NCBI GenBank assembly: GCA_045597865.1
Contig: JAZLKX010000025.1
Coordinates: 256,001-320,000 of the forward strand
Source: Bacilli bacterium
GTDB lineage: Bacteria; Bacillota_I; Bacilli_A; RFN20; CAG-826
DNA: 64,000 nt
Direction of reading: 5' to 3'
A model generated the notes under the pieces. It saw only the letters and a program-made list of their open reading frames with translations, was not told the DNA's origin and made no database searches. Positions 1 through 9,985 of this stretch are shown piece after piece (the first letter of the stretch is position 1; every line of letters begins with the position of its first letter). A program made the translations under genes and the position numbers.

Positions 1-1487
1 AAAAACTCGAAGGTGGCAAAAAAGTTCTTGAAGGTAAAGATGCCTTTATGCTTTACGATACATTTGGATTCCCACTTGATTTAACAAAAGATATTTGTAA
101 AGAAAGTGGCGTTACAGTAGATGAAGATGGCTTCAATAAAGAAATGGAAGCACAAAAGGAACGTGCTAGAAACGCAAGAAGCGGTGAACAAAGCATGCAC
201 AAACAATCAAAAGACCTTCTTGATTTCAAAGAACCATCAGAATTTATTTATGATCATGCTGAACTTGATGCAACAGTAATTGGCTTATTTAAAGATGGCG
301 TCAAAGTAGACGTCATAAATGACGAAGGTGAAGTTATACTTGACAAGACTAATTTCTACGCTGAAATGGGCGGCGAAGTAGCAGATACAGGTAAATTAAC
401 ATCTAAAGATGTTGAGCTTGAAGTTACTTCAACCCAAAAAGCTCCAAATAAACAACATTTACACTCAGTAAAAGTCATTAAAGGTTCAGTCAAAGTTGGT
501 GATAAACTTCATGTTTCATTAGATGCTGAAAAACGTAAACTTATCGAAAGAAACCACTCTGCAACACACTTACTTCAATCAGCCTTAGACAAAGTCTTAG
601 GCGATGGAATTAAACAAATGGGTTCTTTCGTTTGCGATGAATACATGAGATTCGACTTCAACCATTATGAGAAGATTTCAGATGAACAATTACATGAAAT
701 CGAGCGCCTCGTTAATGATATGATTGCTAAGGCAATCCCATCAGATATTAGAGTTATGTCTAAAGACGAAGCCTCTAAACTCGGCGCTAAAGCATTCTTC
801 TCTGAAAAGTATGGTGATGAAGTTAGAGTTGTTAGATTTGGTGATGAATCAATTGAATTCTGTGGTGGTTGCCATGTTGCAAATACTTCAGACATTGGTG
901 TTTTTGTAATTGAAAGTGAATCTTCAGTTGCAGCAGGTGTCAGAAGAATTCAAGGTAGATCATCCATTGGCGGATACAAGCTTCTCAAAGAGAAAGAAGA
1001 TGCTTTAATGGCAGTTTGTAAATCAATTGGATGCACAAACGCAAAAGATGCTCTCGCACGTACACATGACTTATTAAATAAGTTAAGTGAAGCAAACAAG
1101 AAACTTGATTCAATGATGGATAAGATTTCACATCAAAATGCTGCAAATGTTGAAGCAGAATTTATTGACTTTAAGGGTTATAAAGTTCTTGCAAAGCATT
1201 TTGAAAACAACACAATGGACAACATCAATTCCATTGGTGATGAATTAAAAGTTAAATTTAATGACTATGTCATTATGTTGGTGGGTGGACACGATGGTGA
1301 ACTCCCAATTGCTATTTTCGTTGGTGGTAAAGCCCTTGAAAATAACAAGGCTGGTGATTTAGTTAGAGAAGTCGCTAAAGTTTTAGGTGGAGGCGGTGGA
1401 GGACGTCCAAATATGGCTAATGGTCGTGGACGTTTACTTGCAAAACTTCCAGAAGCAATTGAAACATTTAAAGGACTTATTAAATGA
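1..1487 (+). CDS. alaS: alanine--tRNA ligase, C-terminal part (5' end outside window)
   Basis: LYDTFGFP, NHSATHLL editing motif, EFCGGCHV, C-terminal GGGGGRP DHHA1 domain; frame open from window start. Confidence 0.97.
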   Translation, partial: KLEGGKKVLEGKDAFMLYDTFGFPLDLTKDICKESGVTVDEDGFNKEMEAQKERARNARSGEQSMHKQSKDLLDFKEPSEFIYDHAELDATVIGLFKDGVKVDVINDEGEVILDKTNFYAEMGGEVADTGKLTSKDVELEVTSTQKAPNKQHLHSVKVIKGSVKVGDKLHVSLDAEKRKLIERNHSATHLLQSALDKVLGDGIKQMGSFVCDEYMRFDFNHYEKISDEQLHEIERLVNDMIAKAIPSDIRVMSKDEASKLGAKAFFSEKYGDEVRVVRFGDESIEFCGGCHVANTSDIGVFVIESESSVAAGVRRIQGRSSIGGYKLLKEKEDALMAVCKSIGCTNAKDALARTHDLLNKLSEANKKLDSMMDKISHQNAANVEAEFIDFKGYKVLAKHFENNTMDNINSIGDELKVKFNDYVIMLVGGHDGELPIAIFVGGKALENNKAGDLVREVAKVLGGGGGGRPNMANGRGRLLAKLPEAIETFKGLIK

Positions 1488-1918
1488 AGAAATATTTAGG
1501 TCTAGATTTAGGAACTACAACAGTTGGAATTGCTACAAATGATTCCTTAGGAATCAGTGTGCATCCAGTTGAAACTTTTAGATTTGAACCTGGAAATTTT
1601 AAAGCTGCAAGAGAACATGTTGTGGAACTTGCTCACAAAGAAGGAATCAAAGACATTGTCTTAGGAATGCCTTTATACCAATCTGGTGATTTGTCTCCAC
1701 ACGCTCAAAGTTGCATTCGTTTTAGAGATGATTTGCTAAAACTTGATCCATCATTAAACATTGAAATGGTGGATGAATCATTCTCTACAATCGAGGCTGA
1801 TGAAAAGCTAAAAGCAACCACAAATCTTAGTTACGACAAACGTAAAAGAATTATTGATGAACATGCAGCAGTCGTTATTTTAGAAAGATTTTTGTATTCA
1901 AAAGGAGAAATGAAATGA
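1484..1918 (+). CDS. ruvX: Holliday junction resolvase-like / pre-16S rRNA nuclease YqgF
   Basis: LGLDLGTTTVGIA, VDESFST and ID..AA..IL motifs; canonical position after alaS. Confidence 0.93.
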   Translation: MKKYLGLDLGTTTVGIATNDSLGISVHPVETFRFEPGNFKAAREHVVELAHKEGIKDIVLGMPLYQSGDLSPHAQSCIRFRDDLLKLDPSLNIEMVDESFSTIEADEKLKATTNLSYDKRKRIIDEHAAVVILERFLYSKGEMK

Positions 1919-2178
1919 TACTTGATGATGAAATGATTATCACCAATGAAAATGGTGAAGAAAAAGTAATGAAAATCTTGTTTACTTATGAAAGTGAACA
2001 ACGTAACAAATCATATGTTTTTCTCTATGAGAAAGATGACGAAGATAACATCATGGTTTTCGCTGTAAATGAGGAAGACCAATCACTTCAAGAAATTGAA
2101 GATGATGAAGAATATTCAGAGGCTGAAGAAGTCTTCAATGCCTACATGAATGATGAAAAAATCCAAGAAATAAAATAA
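1915..2178 (+). CDS. DUF1292 (YrzB-like) acidic protein
   Basis: ITNENGEE...ILFT...IEDDEEY..AEEVFN pattern; alaS-ruvX-DUF1292 synteny. Confidence 0.85.
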   Translation: MILDDEMIITNENGEEKVMKILFTYESEQRNKSYVFLYEKDDEDNIMVFAVNEEDQSLQEIEDDEEYSEAEEVFNAYMNDEKIQEIK

Positions 2179-2242
2179 ATATTAATTTACAAACATAAAG
2201 AGTATTGTTAAACTCTTTGTTGCTATTTAGGAGGATAAACCT

Positions 2243-2719
2243 ATGTCCATGAATAAAGTTGAACTTACAAAAGAAGGCGCTGAAAAACTTGAAAAAGAAC
2301 TCCGCCATTTAATTGATATTGATCGTCCAGAAGTCATCGAAGCTCTTCAAGCAGCTCGTGCTCAAGGCGACCTTTCAGAAAACGCCGATTACGATGCAGC
2401 AAGAAACAAACAAGCTGAAATCGAAGGTCGTATTAAAGAAATCGAAAACATTTTAGCAAATGTTAAGATCATTACTGAAAAAGCAAAAGCTACAAAAACA
2501 GTAGTTTTAGGCTCAACAGTCACTGTTAAAGATTTAAGTGATAACACAACCGCAACATACACAATTGTTGGCACTGTTGAAGCTAAACCAGTTGAAGGTT
2601 TAATTTCAAACGTTTCTCCACTTGGTAGAGCAATTGTTGACCACGCTGTTGGAGACGTTGTTGTTGTCCATGTTGCTCAAGAGTACAAAGTTGAAATTTT
2701 AAAGATTGAATCCAAATAA
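2243..2719 (+). CDS. greA: transcription elongation factor GreA
   Basis: ARAQGDLSENADYDAA and ISNVSPLGRA motifs; RBS aggagg. Confidence 0.97.
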   Translation: MSMNKVELTKEGAEKLEKELRHLIDIDRPEVIEALQAARAQGDLSENADYDAARNKQAEIEGRIKEIENILANVKIITEKAKATKTVVLGSTVTVKDLSDNTTATYTIVGTVEAKPVEGLISNVSPLGRAIVDHAVGDVVVVHVAQEYKVEILKIESK

Positions 2720-2732
2720 TTGGAATCGACTT

Positions 2733-2814
2733 AAAAAATAAAGAACCCTTCGGGGTTCTTTTTTAAATTTTTTATCGGATTTCCAAAAATCACTGTAAAT
2801 AGTAAGTGAGAGGA
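2733..2814 (+). repeat. copy 1 of an 82-bp terminator + putative promoter + RBS element; copy 2 at 60519-60600 on -
   Basis: 2733-2776 matches the reverse complement of 60557-60600 at 42/44; the next 38 nt match 24/38 ungapped, ending in GAGGA. Confidence 0.85.
2740..2764 (+). terminator. intrinsic terminator of greA
   Basis: aaagaaccc-ttcgg-ggttcttt hairpin followed by T tract. Confidence 0.85.
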
Positions 2815-2824
2815 GATTCGATTT

Positions 2825-3001
2825 ATGAAATATAAATTAAGTGAACAAGAAGCATCAAAAATTGTAACTGGAGAAGTTACTTTGACTGCTGTTTTAGCAA
2901 TATGCGCAATTGCAATTGCAGCAGTAATTGTTTACAAGATGTTCATGTCTAGTGAAGGAAGTTCAACCGTTCCAGGTGGTTGGAAATTTTCTTGGAAGTA
3001 A
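2825..3001 (+). CDS. 58-aa peptide with double-glycine-type leader and hydrophobic core: MKYKLSEQEASKIVTGEVTLTAVLAICAIAIAAVIVYKMFMSSEGSSTVPGGWKFSWK (not in ORF track)
   Basis: strong RBS gagaggag; stop overlaps radC start (TAATG); LSEQEASKIVTG resembles LSxxELxxIxGG. Confidence 0.8.
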   Translation: MKYKLSEQEASKIVTGEVTLTAVLAICAIAIAAVIVYKMFMSSEGSSTVPGGWKFSWK

Positions 3002-3672
3002 TGGCAATCAAAGATATTCCTATTGAATTACGCCCGCGAGAAAAGGCGATACATTTTGGAATTGAGGAATTGTCTGATTCTGAACTATTAGCTTTGCTAA
3101 TTGGTTCAGGATATAAAGGAAAATCTGCCATTGATGTAGCAAATGATTTATTATCCAGCTACTTCAATTCTATGTATTCTTTGAGTAATTCAAATTTAAC
3201 CTCATTAATGACTCACACTGGATTAAAAGAAGCGGTGGCCTTACGTCTTTTAGCAGCCTTTGAATTTCATCATAGGCTAAACTCCCCGCGTTATCAAAAA
3301 CAAGACTCAATTAAATCGGCAGGAGAAATTTACTTAAGATATCAGTATTTGGAAAATTATGATCAAGAAGTTTTGATAATAATTATGCTTGATTCAAAGA
3401 ACAGAATTAAACAAGAAAAACTGCTTTATAAAGGTACTTTTGATTCATTCCAAATTGATGTTAGACAAATACTCCAAGAGATAATATTAGCTAAAGCTAA
3501 ATCTTTTATTTTAATCCATAATCATCCTGATGAAGCTAGCTATGCGAGCGAAAACGATATTTTAGCAACACAAGTTATTGAAAAATCTGCTAAAAATCTC
3601 GGAATAAAATTAATTGACCACATAATTATTTATCGAGGAGGTTATTGCACAATTAAAGGAGAAAAAGGCTAG
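3001..3672 (+). CDS. radC: RadC family JAB-domain protein
   Basis: RPREK, LSDSELLALLIGSG, HNHP...D and IDHIII motifs; start moved to ATG 3001. Confidence 0.93.
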   Translation: MAIKDIPIELRPREKAIHFGIEELSDSELLALLIGSGYKGKSAIDVANDLLSSYFNSMYSLSNSNLTSLMTHTGLKEAVALRLLAAFEFHHRLNSPRYQKQDSIKSAGEIYLRYQYLENYDQEVLIIIMLDSKNRIKQEKLLYKGTFDSFQIDVRQILQEIILAKAKSFILIHNHPDEASYASENDILATQVIEKSAKNLGIKLIDHIIIYRGGYCTIKGEKG

Positions 3673-3760
3673 AAAAATATTATAAAAAATTTTCTGTTTT
3701 CTAGACGAGGTATATACAAATTGAAAATTTATTAATAATAAAGTATAATATTTGACAATT

Positions 3761-5158
3761 ATGGCTAAAAAACAAAATTCGAATATTAAAGCGAAAGTAG
3801 AAAATACTCGCACAAAACTTTTTAAACATAGAATGGTTGAACAAGATATCGCAAAAGGATTGATGATTTTTGCTGTTATCTTTTGTCATACTGTTCCATT
3901 ACCACAACTTGCAGACACAATTCTTAGATCTATCTTAGGAATGGTTATACCATTTTTCTTCTTTATTTCTGGCTACAACTACAAAGAACCTGAGTCTTTG
4001 CCAGATACATTCAAAGGAAAAGCAGGTCTTTATTGGCAAAGAGTTAAGAAAAGATTAAGACAAATTCTTGTTCCATTACTTTTCTGCTCCCTAATTTTAT
4101 TAGGAATTGGCGCTGGTTACTCATTTTTAACTCATGATCCAGTGGTTTCTCCACTTGATATGACTAAAGCATTTGCTGGTTTCTGGATTAGCGAGCCAAT
4201 TTCATCTGCTGTAGGTTTACCTACAATTGGAACTTTTGAAGGCATTGAAAGACTTTATGAACCAAACTGGTTTATTCTTCATATGACTCTTGCTTATGTC
4301 ATCTTCTATGCAGTTGTTGACTGGGCTTTATCAAATAAAAAACGTTACATTTCAGTAATGTTTGGTTTAATTGCGGTTTCATGTATCTTCAACTTCTTCC
4401 ACTTAAAAATGCCTTGGGGATTTGAAAATGCTGCTGCTTATGCAGCAATTATGCTTATGGGTTGTGGTGTTAAACACAAAAACCTATTCTCAGAAGAACG
4501 TTATTCAAAGAAATATTGGCCATGGATTAACTGTGCAGCCTGTTTCTTAATTTGTGTTGCTTTGGGTTTCCTTTGGCCAAGAGCTGGACAAATCTCTGGT
4601 AGTGGACAAATTACTAAAATTTTCAGTGAATTTGCAGATGCCGCAGGTCAACCAGCATTTGCAATTTTAGAGATTCCATACACTATTATATATAGTGTTA
4701 TCTCATCATATTTCTTAATCTGGTTCTGTAAATTACTTGCAAAAGTTAGACCAATTAAATTCTTCTATTCATACATGGGTAGAAACTCATTAATGATTTT
4801 AGTTTTCCATTTAGTCTTTGCATCAGTTGCAATCGCTTTATTAAATGTTATGTTCTATCAAGGTGTTCCAGCCGATGAAAAACTTAAGATGGCAACCCAA
4901 ATTGGTAAATACGCAGAAACTTTTGAACCAATTAGACTAGCTGTCTTTGCCTTAACTGTTGTATTCTCATTAATTTTCGTTACTTGTAACGTAGCTTGCA
5001 AAGAAAGATTCCGCAAACACAAGAAAATGAACCAACTTTGTAAGGAAAAACGTGAAGAATTATTAAAAGATTCTTCATTAACAGAAGAACAAATAAAAGC
5101 ACAAATAAAAGCATATAGATCAGAACTTAGAAAGACTATTAAGGTTCAGATTGCATAG
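3761..5158 (+). CDS. acyltransferase-3 family membrane O-acyltransferase
   Basis: DIAKGLMIFAVIFCH, PFFFFISGY, WFI and GRNSLMILVFH motifs; about 10 TM segments. Confidence 0.85.
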   Translation: MAKKQNSNIKAKVENTRTKLFKHRMVEQDIAKGLMIFAVIFCHTVPLPQLADTILRSILGMVIPFFFFISGYNYKEPESLPDTFKGKAGLYWQRVKKRLRQILVPLLFCSLILLGIGAGYSFLTHDPVVSPLDMTKAFAGFWISEPISSAVGLPTIGTFEGIERLYEPNWFILHMTLAYVIFYAVVDWALSNKKRYISVMFGLIAVSCIFNFFHLKMPWGFENAAAYAAIMLMGCGVKHKNLFSEERYSKKYWPWINCAACFLICVALGFLWPRAGQISGSGQITKIFSEFADAAGQPAFAILEIPYTIIYSVISSYFLIWFCKLLAKVRPIKFFYSYMGRNSLMILVFHLVFASVAIALLNVMFYQGVPADEKLKMATQIGKYAETFEPIRLAVFALTVVFSLIFVTCNVACKERFRKHKKMNQLCKEKREELLKDSSLTEEQIKAQIKAYRSELRKTIKVQIA

Positions 5159-5211
5159 TTTTCTTTGAAAAATTGCTTTACAAATAAATAAGATAATATT
5201 AATATTATAAA

Positions 5212-5292
5212 CGTTGTCGCCTCACGAGCTACAACCGCATAGAGAAGGTTCTCTAAGTTAATGCCTTTGGCATTACACCTTAATAGCGAGTC
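5212..5292 (+). ncRNA. ribosomal protein L21 leader
   Basis: gttgtcgc...gctacaaccgca...aaggt...acctt..gcgagtc pattern directly upstream of rplU. Confidence 0.75.
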
Positions 5293-5318
5293 CTTAGTGA
5301 GAAAGTAGAGGTATTTAA

Positions 5319-5627
5319 ATGTACGCTATAATTGAATCAGGTGGAAAACAAATCCGCGTTGAAGTCGGACAAAAGATTTTTGTCGAAAAATTAGATGTTA
5401 AGGAAAATTCAAAATACGTTTTTGATAAAGTCCTTCTCGTCGCAGACAAAGATGTCAAAGTTGGTACACCATACGTTGAAGGTGCTAAAGTATCTGCTAA
5501 AGTCGTTAAGAACGGACTCGGCAAAAAGATTCGCATCTACAAATACAAAGCTAAACACAACTCAGCACGTAGAACAATTGGTCATAGACAACCATATACA
5601 TGCTTAGTCGTTGAATCAATTGCCTAA
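5319..5627 (+). CDS. rplU: 50S ribosomal protein L21
   Basis: [18 protein letters not shown]. Confidence 0.98.
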   Translation: MYAIIESGGKQIRVEVGQKIFVEKLDVKENSKYVFDKVLLVADKDVKVGTPYVEGAKVSAKVVKNGLGKKIRIYKYKAKHNSARRTIGHRQPYTCLVVESIA

Positions 5628-5630
5628 TTT

Positions 5631-5942
5631 ATGATTAAAATTGAGGCAACTCGTAAAGACGGAAAGATAGTTAATCTAACCGTCAAAGGGCACGCAAATT
5701 CTGCTCCAAAAGGTGAAGATCTTATCTGCGCTGCAGTGAGTTCAATCCTATTCGGAGGATGTAATGCTCTATCTCAACCTAATTGCTTTGCAATTAAATT
5801 AGATAGTGGCGATGCATCAATTACAGAAATTAAACGTGCTAATGAACACGATTACGAAGTTCTTGAAACAATGATTATTCAATTCAAAACAGTTGAAGAA
5901 TCAAATGCCAAATTCCTTCAAGTAATCGAGAAAGGAAATTAG
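5631..5942 (+). CDS. prp: ribosomal-processing cysteine protease Prp (YsxB)
   Basis: GHA...G.DLICAAVS motif; between rplU and rpmA. Confidence 0.93.
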   Translation: MIKIEATRKDGKIVNLTVKGHANSAPKGEDLICAAVSSILFGGCNALSQPNCFAIKLDSGDASITEIKRANEHDYEVLETMIIQFKTVEESNAKFLQVIEKGN

Positions 5943-5944
5943 TT

Positions 5945-6226
5945 ATGTTATTTAAATTAGATCTACAACTCTTTGCTTCCAAAAAAGGTGTCGGTTCTAC
6001 CAAAAACGGACGTGATTCAGAATCCAAGAGATTAGGTGCTAAGTTATCTGATGGACAATTCTGTACAGCAGGTAGCATCATCTATCGTCAAAGAGGTACC
6101 AAAATTCTTCCAGGAGTTAACACCAAACGTGGTGGAGATGATACAATCTTCGCAACAATCGATGGTATTGTTAAATTCGAAAGAGTTGGTAAAAACAAAA
6201 CCCGCGCTTCAGTTTACGCAAAGTAA
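5945..6226 (+). CDS. rpmA: 50S ribosomal protein L27 with Prp-cleaved N-terminal extension
   Basis: LDLQLF|[15 protein letters not shown]. Confidence 0.98.
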   Translation: MLFKLDLQLFASKKGVGSTKNGRDSESKRLGAKLSDGQFCTAGSIIYRQRGTKILPGVNTKRGGDDTIFATIDGIVKFERVGKNKTRASVYAK

Positions 6227-6245
6227 GTTAAAGACGAAAATAATT

Positions 6246-6273
6246 AAGACCGCAATAAAATTGTGGTCTTTTT
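6246..6273 (+). terminator. terminator after rpmA
   Basis: aagaccgcaa-taaaa-ttgtggtctt plus T tract. Confidence 0.7.
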
Positions 6274-6301
6274 CATACTCGCGTGTGTATAATATAGATG
6301 T

Positions 6302-7573
6302 ATGTTTATCGATAAAGTTGTTGTAGAAGTTCGTTCTGGCAAGGGCGGCGATGGCATGATTGCTTTCTTAAGAGAAAAATGTATGCCAAAAGGTGGCCCA
6401 GCTGGTGGTAATGGCGGTCGTGGTGCTTCCATTATTTTTAAAGCTGTCAGAAACATTAACACTTTATTCAACTTTAGACACAGCAAAGTTTTTATCGGAC
6501 CAGATGGTGAAAAAGGTGGAACCAAAAACAAATACGGTCACAAAGCCGATGATGTAATCATCGAAGTACCATGTGGAACCGTAGTTTATGAAGAAAAGAA
6601 TCATAAATTCATCGGAGATTTATCCGAAGAAGGCCAAACTTTAGTAGTCGCTAAAGGCGGTCGTGGCGGAAGAGGCAATGCCGCTTTCAAAAACGATAGA
6701 AACAAATGTCCAAAAATTGCAGAAAATGGACTTCCAGGTGAAACAAAACGTCTCATTATGGAACTTAAACTTCTTGCAGATGTTGGTTTAGTTGGACTTC
6801 CAAATGCTGGAAAGTCAACACTTTTAAGTGTTGTATCTAACGCAAATCCTGTAATTGCTGATTATCCATTCACAACTTTAGAGCCAAATCTAGGTGTTGT
6901 TAATGTAAATAAAGATTCATCCTTTGTTATGGCAGATCTTCCAGGTCTTATTGAAGGTGCTAGCCAAGGCAAAGGCCTCGGACTTTCGTTCTTACGTCAT
7001 CTTGAAAGATGCCGCGTTATTATTCATTTAGTTTCTATGGAAGAAGAATCTCCATACGAAAACTATAAAATGATTCAAAAGGAACTCAAGTCATATGGAA
7101 TGGGCTTAGATAAACGCCCATTAATTGTTGTAGCAAGTAAAGTTGACTCTGAAGAGTCTGAAATTAAATTCAAAGAATTTAAAAAACACTTCAAAACACC
7201 AGTTTTAGCTTTATCCAGCCTTACTAATCAAGGCGTTAAGGAAATTGTAAGTAAGTGTCAAGAATTGCTTGCTAAAACAGAGAAATTCCCACTCTTCAGT
7301 AATGAAGAAAATCCAGAAGTTAAGGTTTATGATGCATATGCAAATGAAAAACCTGTATTTGAAGTTGTTCACGAAAAAGAGCATGTCTTTAGACTTGTTG
7401 GTGAATCAATTGAAAGAACTTATGGACTTATTAATATTTCTACAGATGAAGGTATGCTAAGATTGCTTAACTATCTTAAAAAGATAGATGTCGAATCTGC
7501 ACTTAAAGAGAAAGGCGCTCAAAATGGTGATTCTGTTTGGCTTTGCGATTTTGAGTTTGAATACTTAGAATAA
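6302..7573 (+). CDS. obgE: GTPase ObgE/CgtA
   Basis: Gly-rich Obg fold, GLPNAGKST, YPFTT, DLPG; C-terminal OCT domain. Confidence 0.97.
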   Translation: MFIDKVVVEVRSGKGGDGMIAFLREKCMPKGGPAGGNGGRGASIIFKAVRNINTLFNFRHSKVFIGPDGEKGGTKNKYGHKADDVIIEVPCGTVVYEEKNHKFIGDLSEEGQTLVVAKGGRGGRGNAAFKNDRNKCPKIAENGLPGETKRLIMELKLLADVGLVGLPNAGKSTLLSVVSNANPVIADYPFTTLEPNLGVVNVNKDSSFVMADLPGLIEGASQGKGLGLSFLRHLERCRVIIHLVSMEEESPYENYKMIQKELKSYGMGLDKRPLIVVASKVDSEESEIKFKEFKKHFKTPVLALSSLTNQGVKEIVSKCQELLAKTEKFPLFSNEENPEVKVYDAYANEKPVFEVVHEKEHVFRLVGESIERTYGLINISTDEGMLRLLNYLKKIDVESALKEKGAQNGDSVWLCDFEFEYLE

Positions 7574-7577
7574 CAAT

Positions 7578-8306
7578 ATGGAACTTAAAGAATATTTATC
7601 CGAAATTGAAAAATTTCTTCAAGATTATTTAGAAAAATCACACTGTAAATCATATGTTTTAGGTTTAAGCGGAGGTGTTGATTCTTCTTTAGTTGCAGCT
7701 ATTGCAAGAAAAGCTGTTGGAAAAGACAAACTTTATTGCTATGCAATAAGTATTGATTCAAATAAAGCTGATGTTAACGATGCAATCGAAGTTGCAAAAC
7801 AACTTGATTTAAATCTTGAAGTTATCGATTTAAGTAAAACTTACCACAAATTCTTAAAAGAACTTGGTGGCAAAGATTTTATTAGACTTACAAAGTCAAA
7901 TCTTAAAGTTAGAATGAGAATGTGTGCCTTATTCGCTTATGCTCAAGAGCATAATGGCTTAGTATTAGGCACAGACAACATGGATGAAAGATACGTTGGT
8001 TACTTCACAAAATATGGTGATGGCGCAGCAGATGTTCTTCCAATTGTTTATTTAACTAAGGCAGAAGTTAGAGAAGCTGCAGAGATTTATGGTGTTTCTA
8101 AAGCTTTAGCTTTAAGGGTTGCATCAGCAGGCTTATTTGAAGGCCAAACTGATGAAGGCGAAATGGGCGTAAGTTATGCCGATCTTGATGCCTTCCTTTT
8201 AGGCAAGGAAATTGCTCCTGAAGCAAAATCCAGAATCGAACACATGCATGCAGTAAGCGAACACAAGAGAATTGAGATTCCAACTCCAAAACCTTTTAAA
8301 CGTTAA
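7578..8306 (+). CDS. nadE: NH3-dependent NAD+ synthetase
   Basis: GLSGGVDS, GYFTKYGDG, GQTDE. Confidence 0.96.
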   Translation: MELKEYLSEIEKFLQDYLEKSHCKSYVLGLSGGVDSSLVAAIARKAVGKDKLYCYAISIDSNKADVNDAIEVAKQLDLNLEVIDLSKTYHKFLKELGGKDFIRLTKSNLKVRMRMCALFAYAQEHNGLVLGTDNMDERYVGYFTKYGDGAADVLPIVYLTKAEVREAAEIYGVSKALALRVASAGLFEGQTDEGEMGVSYADLDAFLLGKEIAPEAKSRIEHMHAVSEHKRIEIPTPKPFKR

Positions 8307-8329
8307 TCTTAAAAAATAATTAATAATTT

Positions 8330-8352
8330 ACTTCCTATTTAGGAAGTTTTTT
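8330..8352 (+). terminator. terminator after nadE
   Basis: acttcct-attt-aggaagt plus T tract. Confidence 0.7.
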
Positions 8353-8430
8353 ATTATAATAAAAAGTAACAAGAATAAGAAAGAAATATTCGCCTATTAG
8401 AATACATTAGTAGAGAAAGGCGGTATTTTT

Positions 8431-9006
8431 ATGCTTTATTCAATTAAAGGAAAAGTATCTTTTGTTGACAAACGTTTTATTGTTGTCGAAACAGGAGGAA
8501 TTGGCTATGAAATTTTAGTAGCCAATCCAGAATCATTTTTAGTGGGAGAAGATACGTTTTTATTTTTGCACCACGAAATCAAAGAATTTGATGAATATTT
8601 AGCAGGCTTTAGGTCTCAAGATGAAAAGGACGCATTCGACTTATTGCTTCATGTTAACGGTGTTGGACCAAAATCAGCTTTAACGATTTTATCAAATGTA
8701 AATTATCAAGATTTAATGGTGGCTATTTCTAACTCTGATCTTGGATTTATTACTAAAATTCCAGGTATAGGCCCAAGAGCTGCAAATCAAATTCTTTTAG
8801 ACTTGCAAGGTTTTATTGCTAGAAGCAATAGAGAAAATGTTAAACAGTATTCTGAAGTAAAAGCAGCATTAAAGGCTCTTAAATTTAAAGTCAAAGACAT
8901 CGATAAAGTTTTACCACAAATTTATATCCCAAACGGCACCAATGAAGAAATAATAAAAGAAGCATTAAAGAGGTTACATTATGCCGAGACTTTCGGACAA
9001 AAATAA
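8431..9006 (+). CDS. ruvA: Holliday junction branch migration protein RuvA
   Basis: GGIGYE, VNGVGPKSAL, IPGIGPRAA HhH motifs. Confidence 0.95.
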   Translation: MLYSIKGKVSFVDKRFIVVETGGIGYEILVANPESFLVGEDTFLFLHHEIKEFDEYLAGFRSQDEKDAFDLLLHVNGVGPKSALTILSNVNYQDLMVAISNSDLGFITKIPGIGPRAANQILLDLQGFIARSNRENVKQYSEVKAALKALKFKVKDIDKVLPQIYIPNGTNEEIIKEALKRLHYAETFGQK

Positions 9007-9985
9007 GAATTTAAAGGAAGAAGCAATTGAAGCTTCATTAAGACCTCAAACTTTGGATGATTATGTTGGACAAGATGATTTAAAGAACAATCTAAAAATT
9101 TTTATTGGTGCTGCAAGAGGAAGAAACGAAGTTCTTGATCATGTTTTGTTGTACGGTCCAGCTGGACTTGGAAAAACTTCTTTAGCTTACATTATTGCAA
9201 ATGAAATGCACGGCAACATTAAGTTGGTTAATGGACCAAGTGTCGAAAAACCAGGAGATTTAGCCGCTGTTTTATCAACTTTAGAAGCTGGAGATATCTT
9301 ATTTATCGATGAAATTCATCGATTACCACGCGTAGTTGAAGAAATTTTATATAGTGCAATGGAAGATTATAAATTGATAATTATGGTTTCTCGTGATGCT
9401 TCAACAGCATCTACAATTACAGTTGATCTTCCACCTTTTACTTTAGTAGGAGCTACAACTAGAGCTGGTGATTTATCTTCTCCATTAAGAGCAAGATTTG
9501 GAATATCAGAGAAAATTAACTATTACACCATAGAAGAACTTAAAAACATTGTACTTAGAACCGCAAATTATTTCGGAGCAACAATTGATGAAGTTTCTGC
9601 TACTGAAATCGCGAAACGCTCACGTGGTACTCCGCGTATTGCAAATCGTATTTTTAGAAGAGTTAGAGACTTCGCAAATTACGAGGAAAGAAATATCATC
9701 AGCATAAATGACGCAGAGAAAGCTTTAAAGGCTCTCAAAATTGACGAAAATGGGCTAGATGAAGTAGATATAAACTATTTGCAAACGATTAAAAATCGTT
9801 TTGGTGGTGGACCAGTCGGTTTAGAGACTATTGCGTCTGCTATTGGAGAAGAGACTTCAAACCTTGATGAAGTTTATGAACCATACCTTTTAAAAATGGG
9901 CTTTATCGACCGCACTCCGAAGGGAAGAATCTTAACCGAAAAAGGAAAGGGATATTTAAAAAAATATGAAACTACTAAGAATTAG
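8981..9985 (+). CDS. ruvB: Holliday junction helicase RuvB
   Basis: LRPQTLDDYVGQ, GPAGLGKT, FIDEIHRL, RGTPRIA. Confidence 0.98.
   Translation: MPRLSDKNKNLKEEAIEASLRPQTLDDYVGQDDLKNNLKIFIGAARGRNEVLDHVLLYGPAGLGKTSLAYIIANEMHGNIKLVNGPSVEKPGDLAAVLSTLEAGDILFIDEIHRLPRVVEEILYSAMEDYKLIIMVSRDASTASTITVDLPPFTLVGATTRAGDLSSPLRARFGISEKINYYTIEELKNIVLRTANYFGATIDEVSATEIAKRSRGTPRIANRIFRRVRDFANYEERNIISINDAEKALKALKIDENGLDEVDINYLQTIKNRFGGGPVGLETIASAIGEETSNLDEVYEPYLLKMGFIDRTPKGRILTEKGKGYLKKYETTKN

Noticed and set aside
3001-3672. radC as a mobile-element JAB anti-defence gene
   Set aside because: Full-length chromosomal RadC form in a housekeeping neighbourhood, not the short element-borne type.
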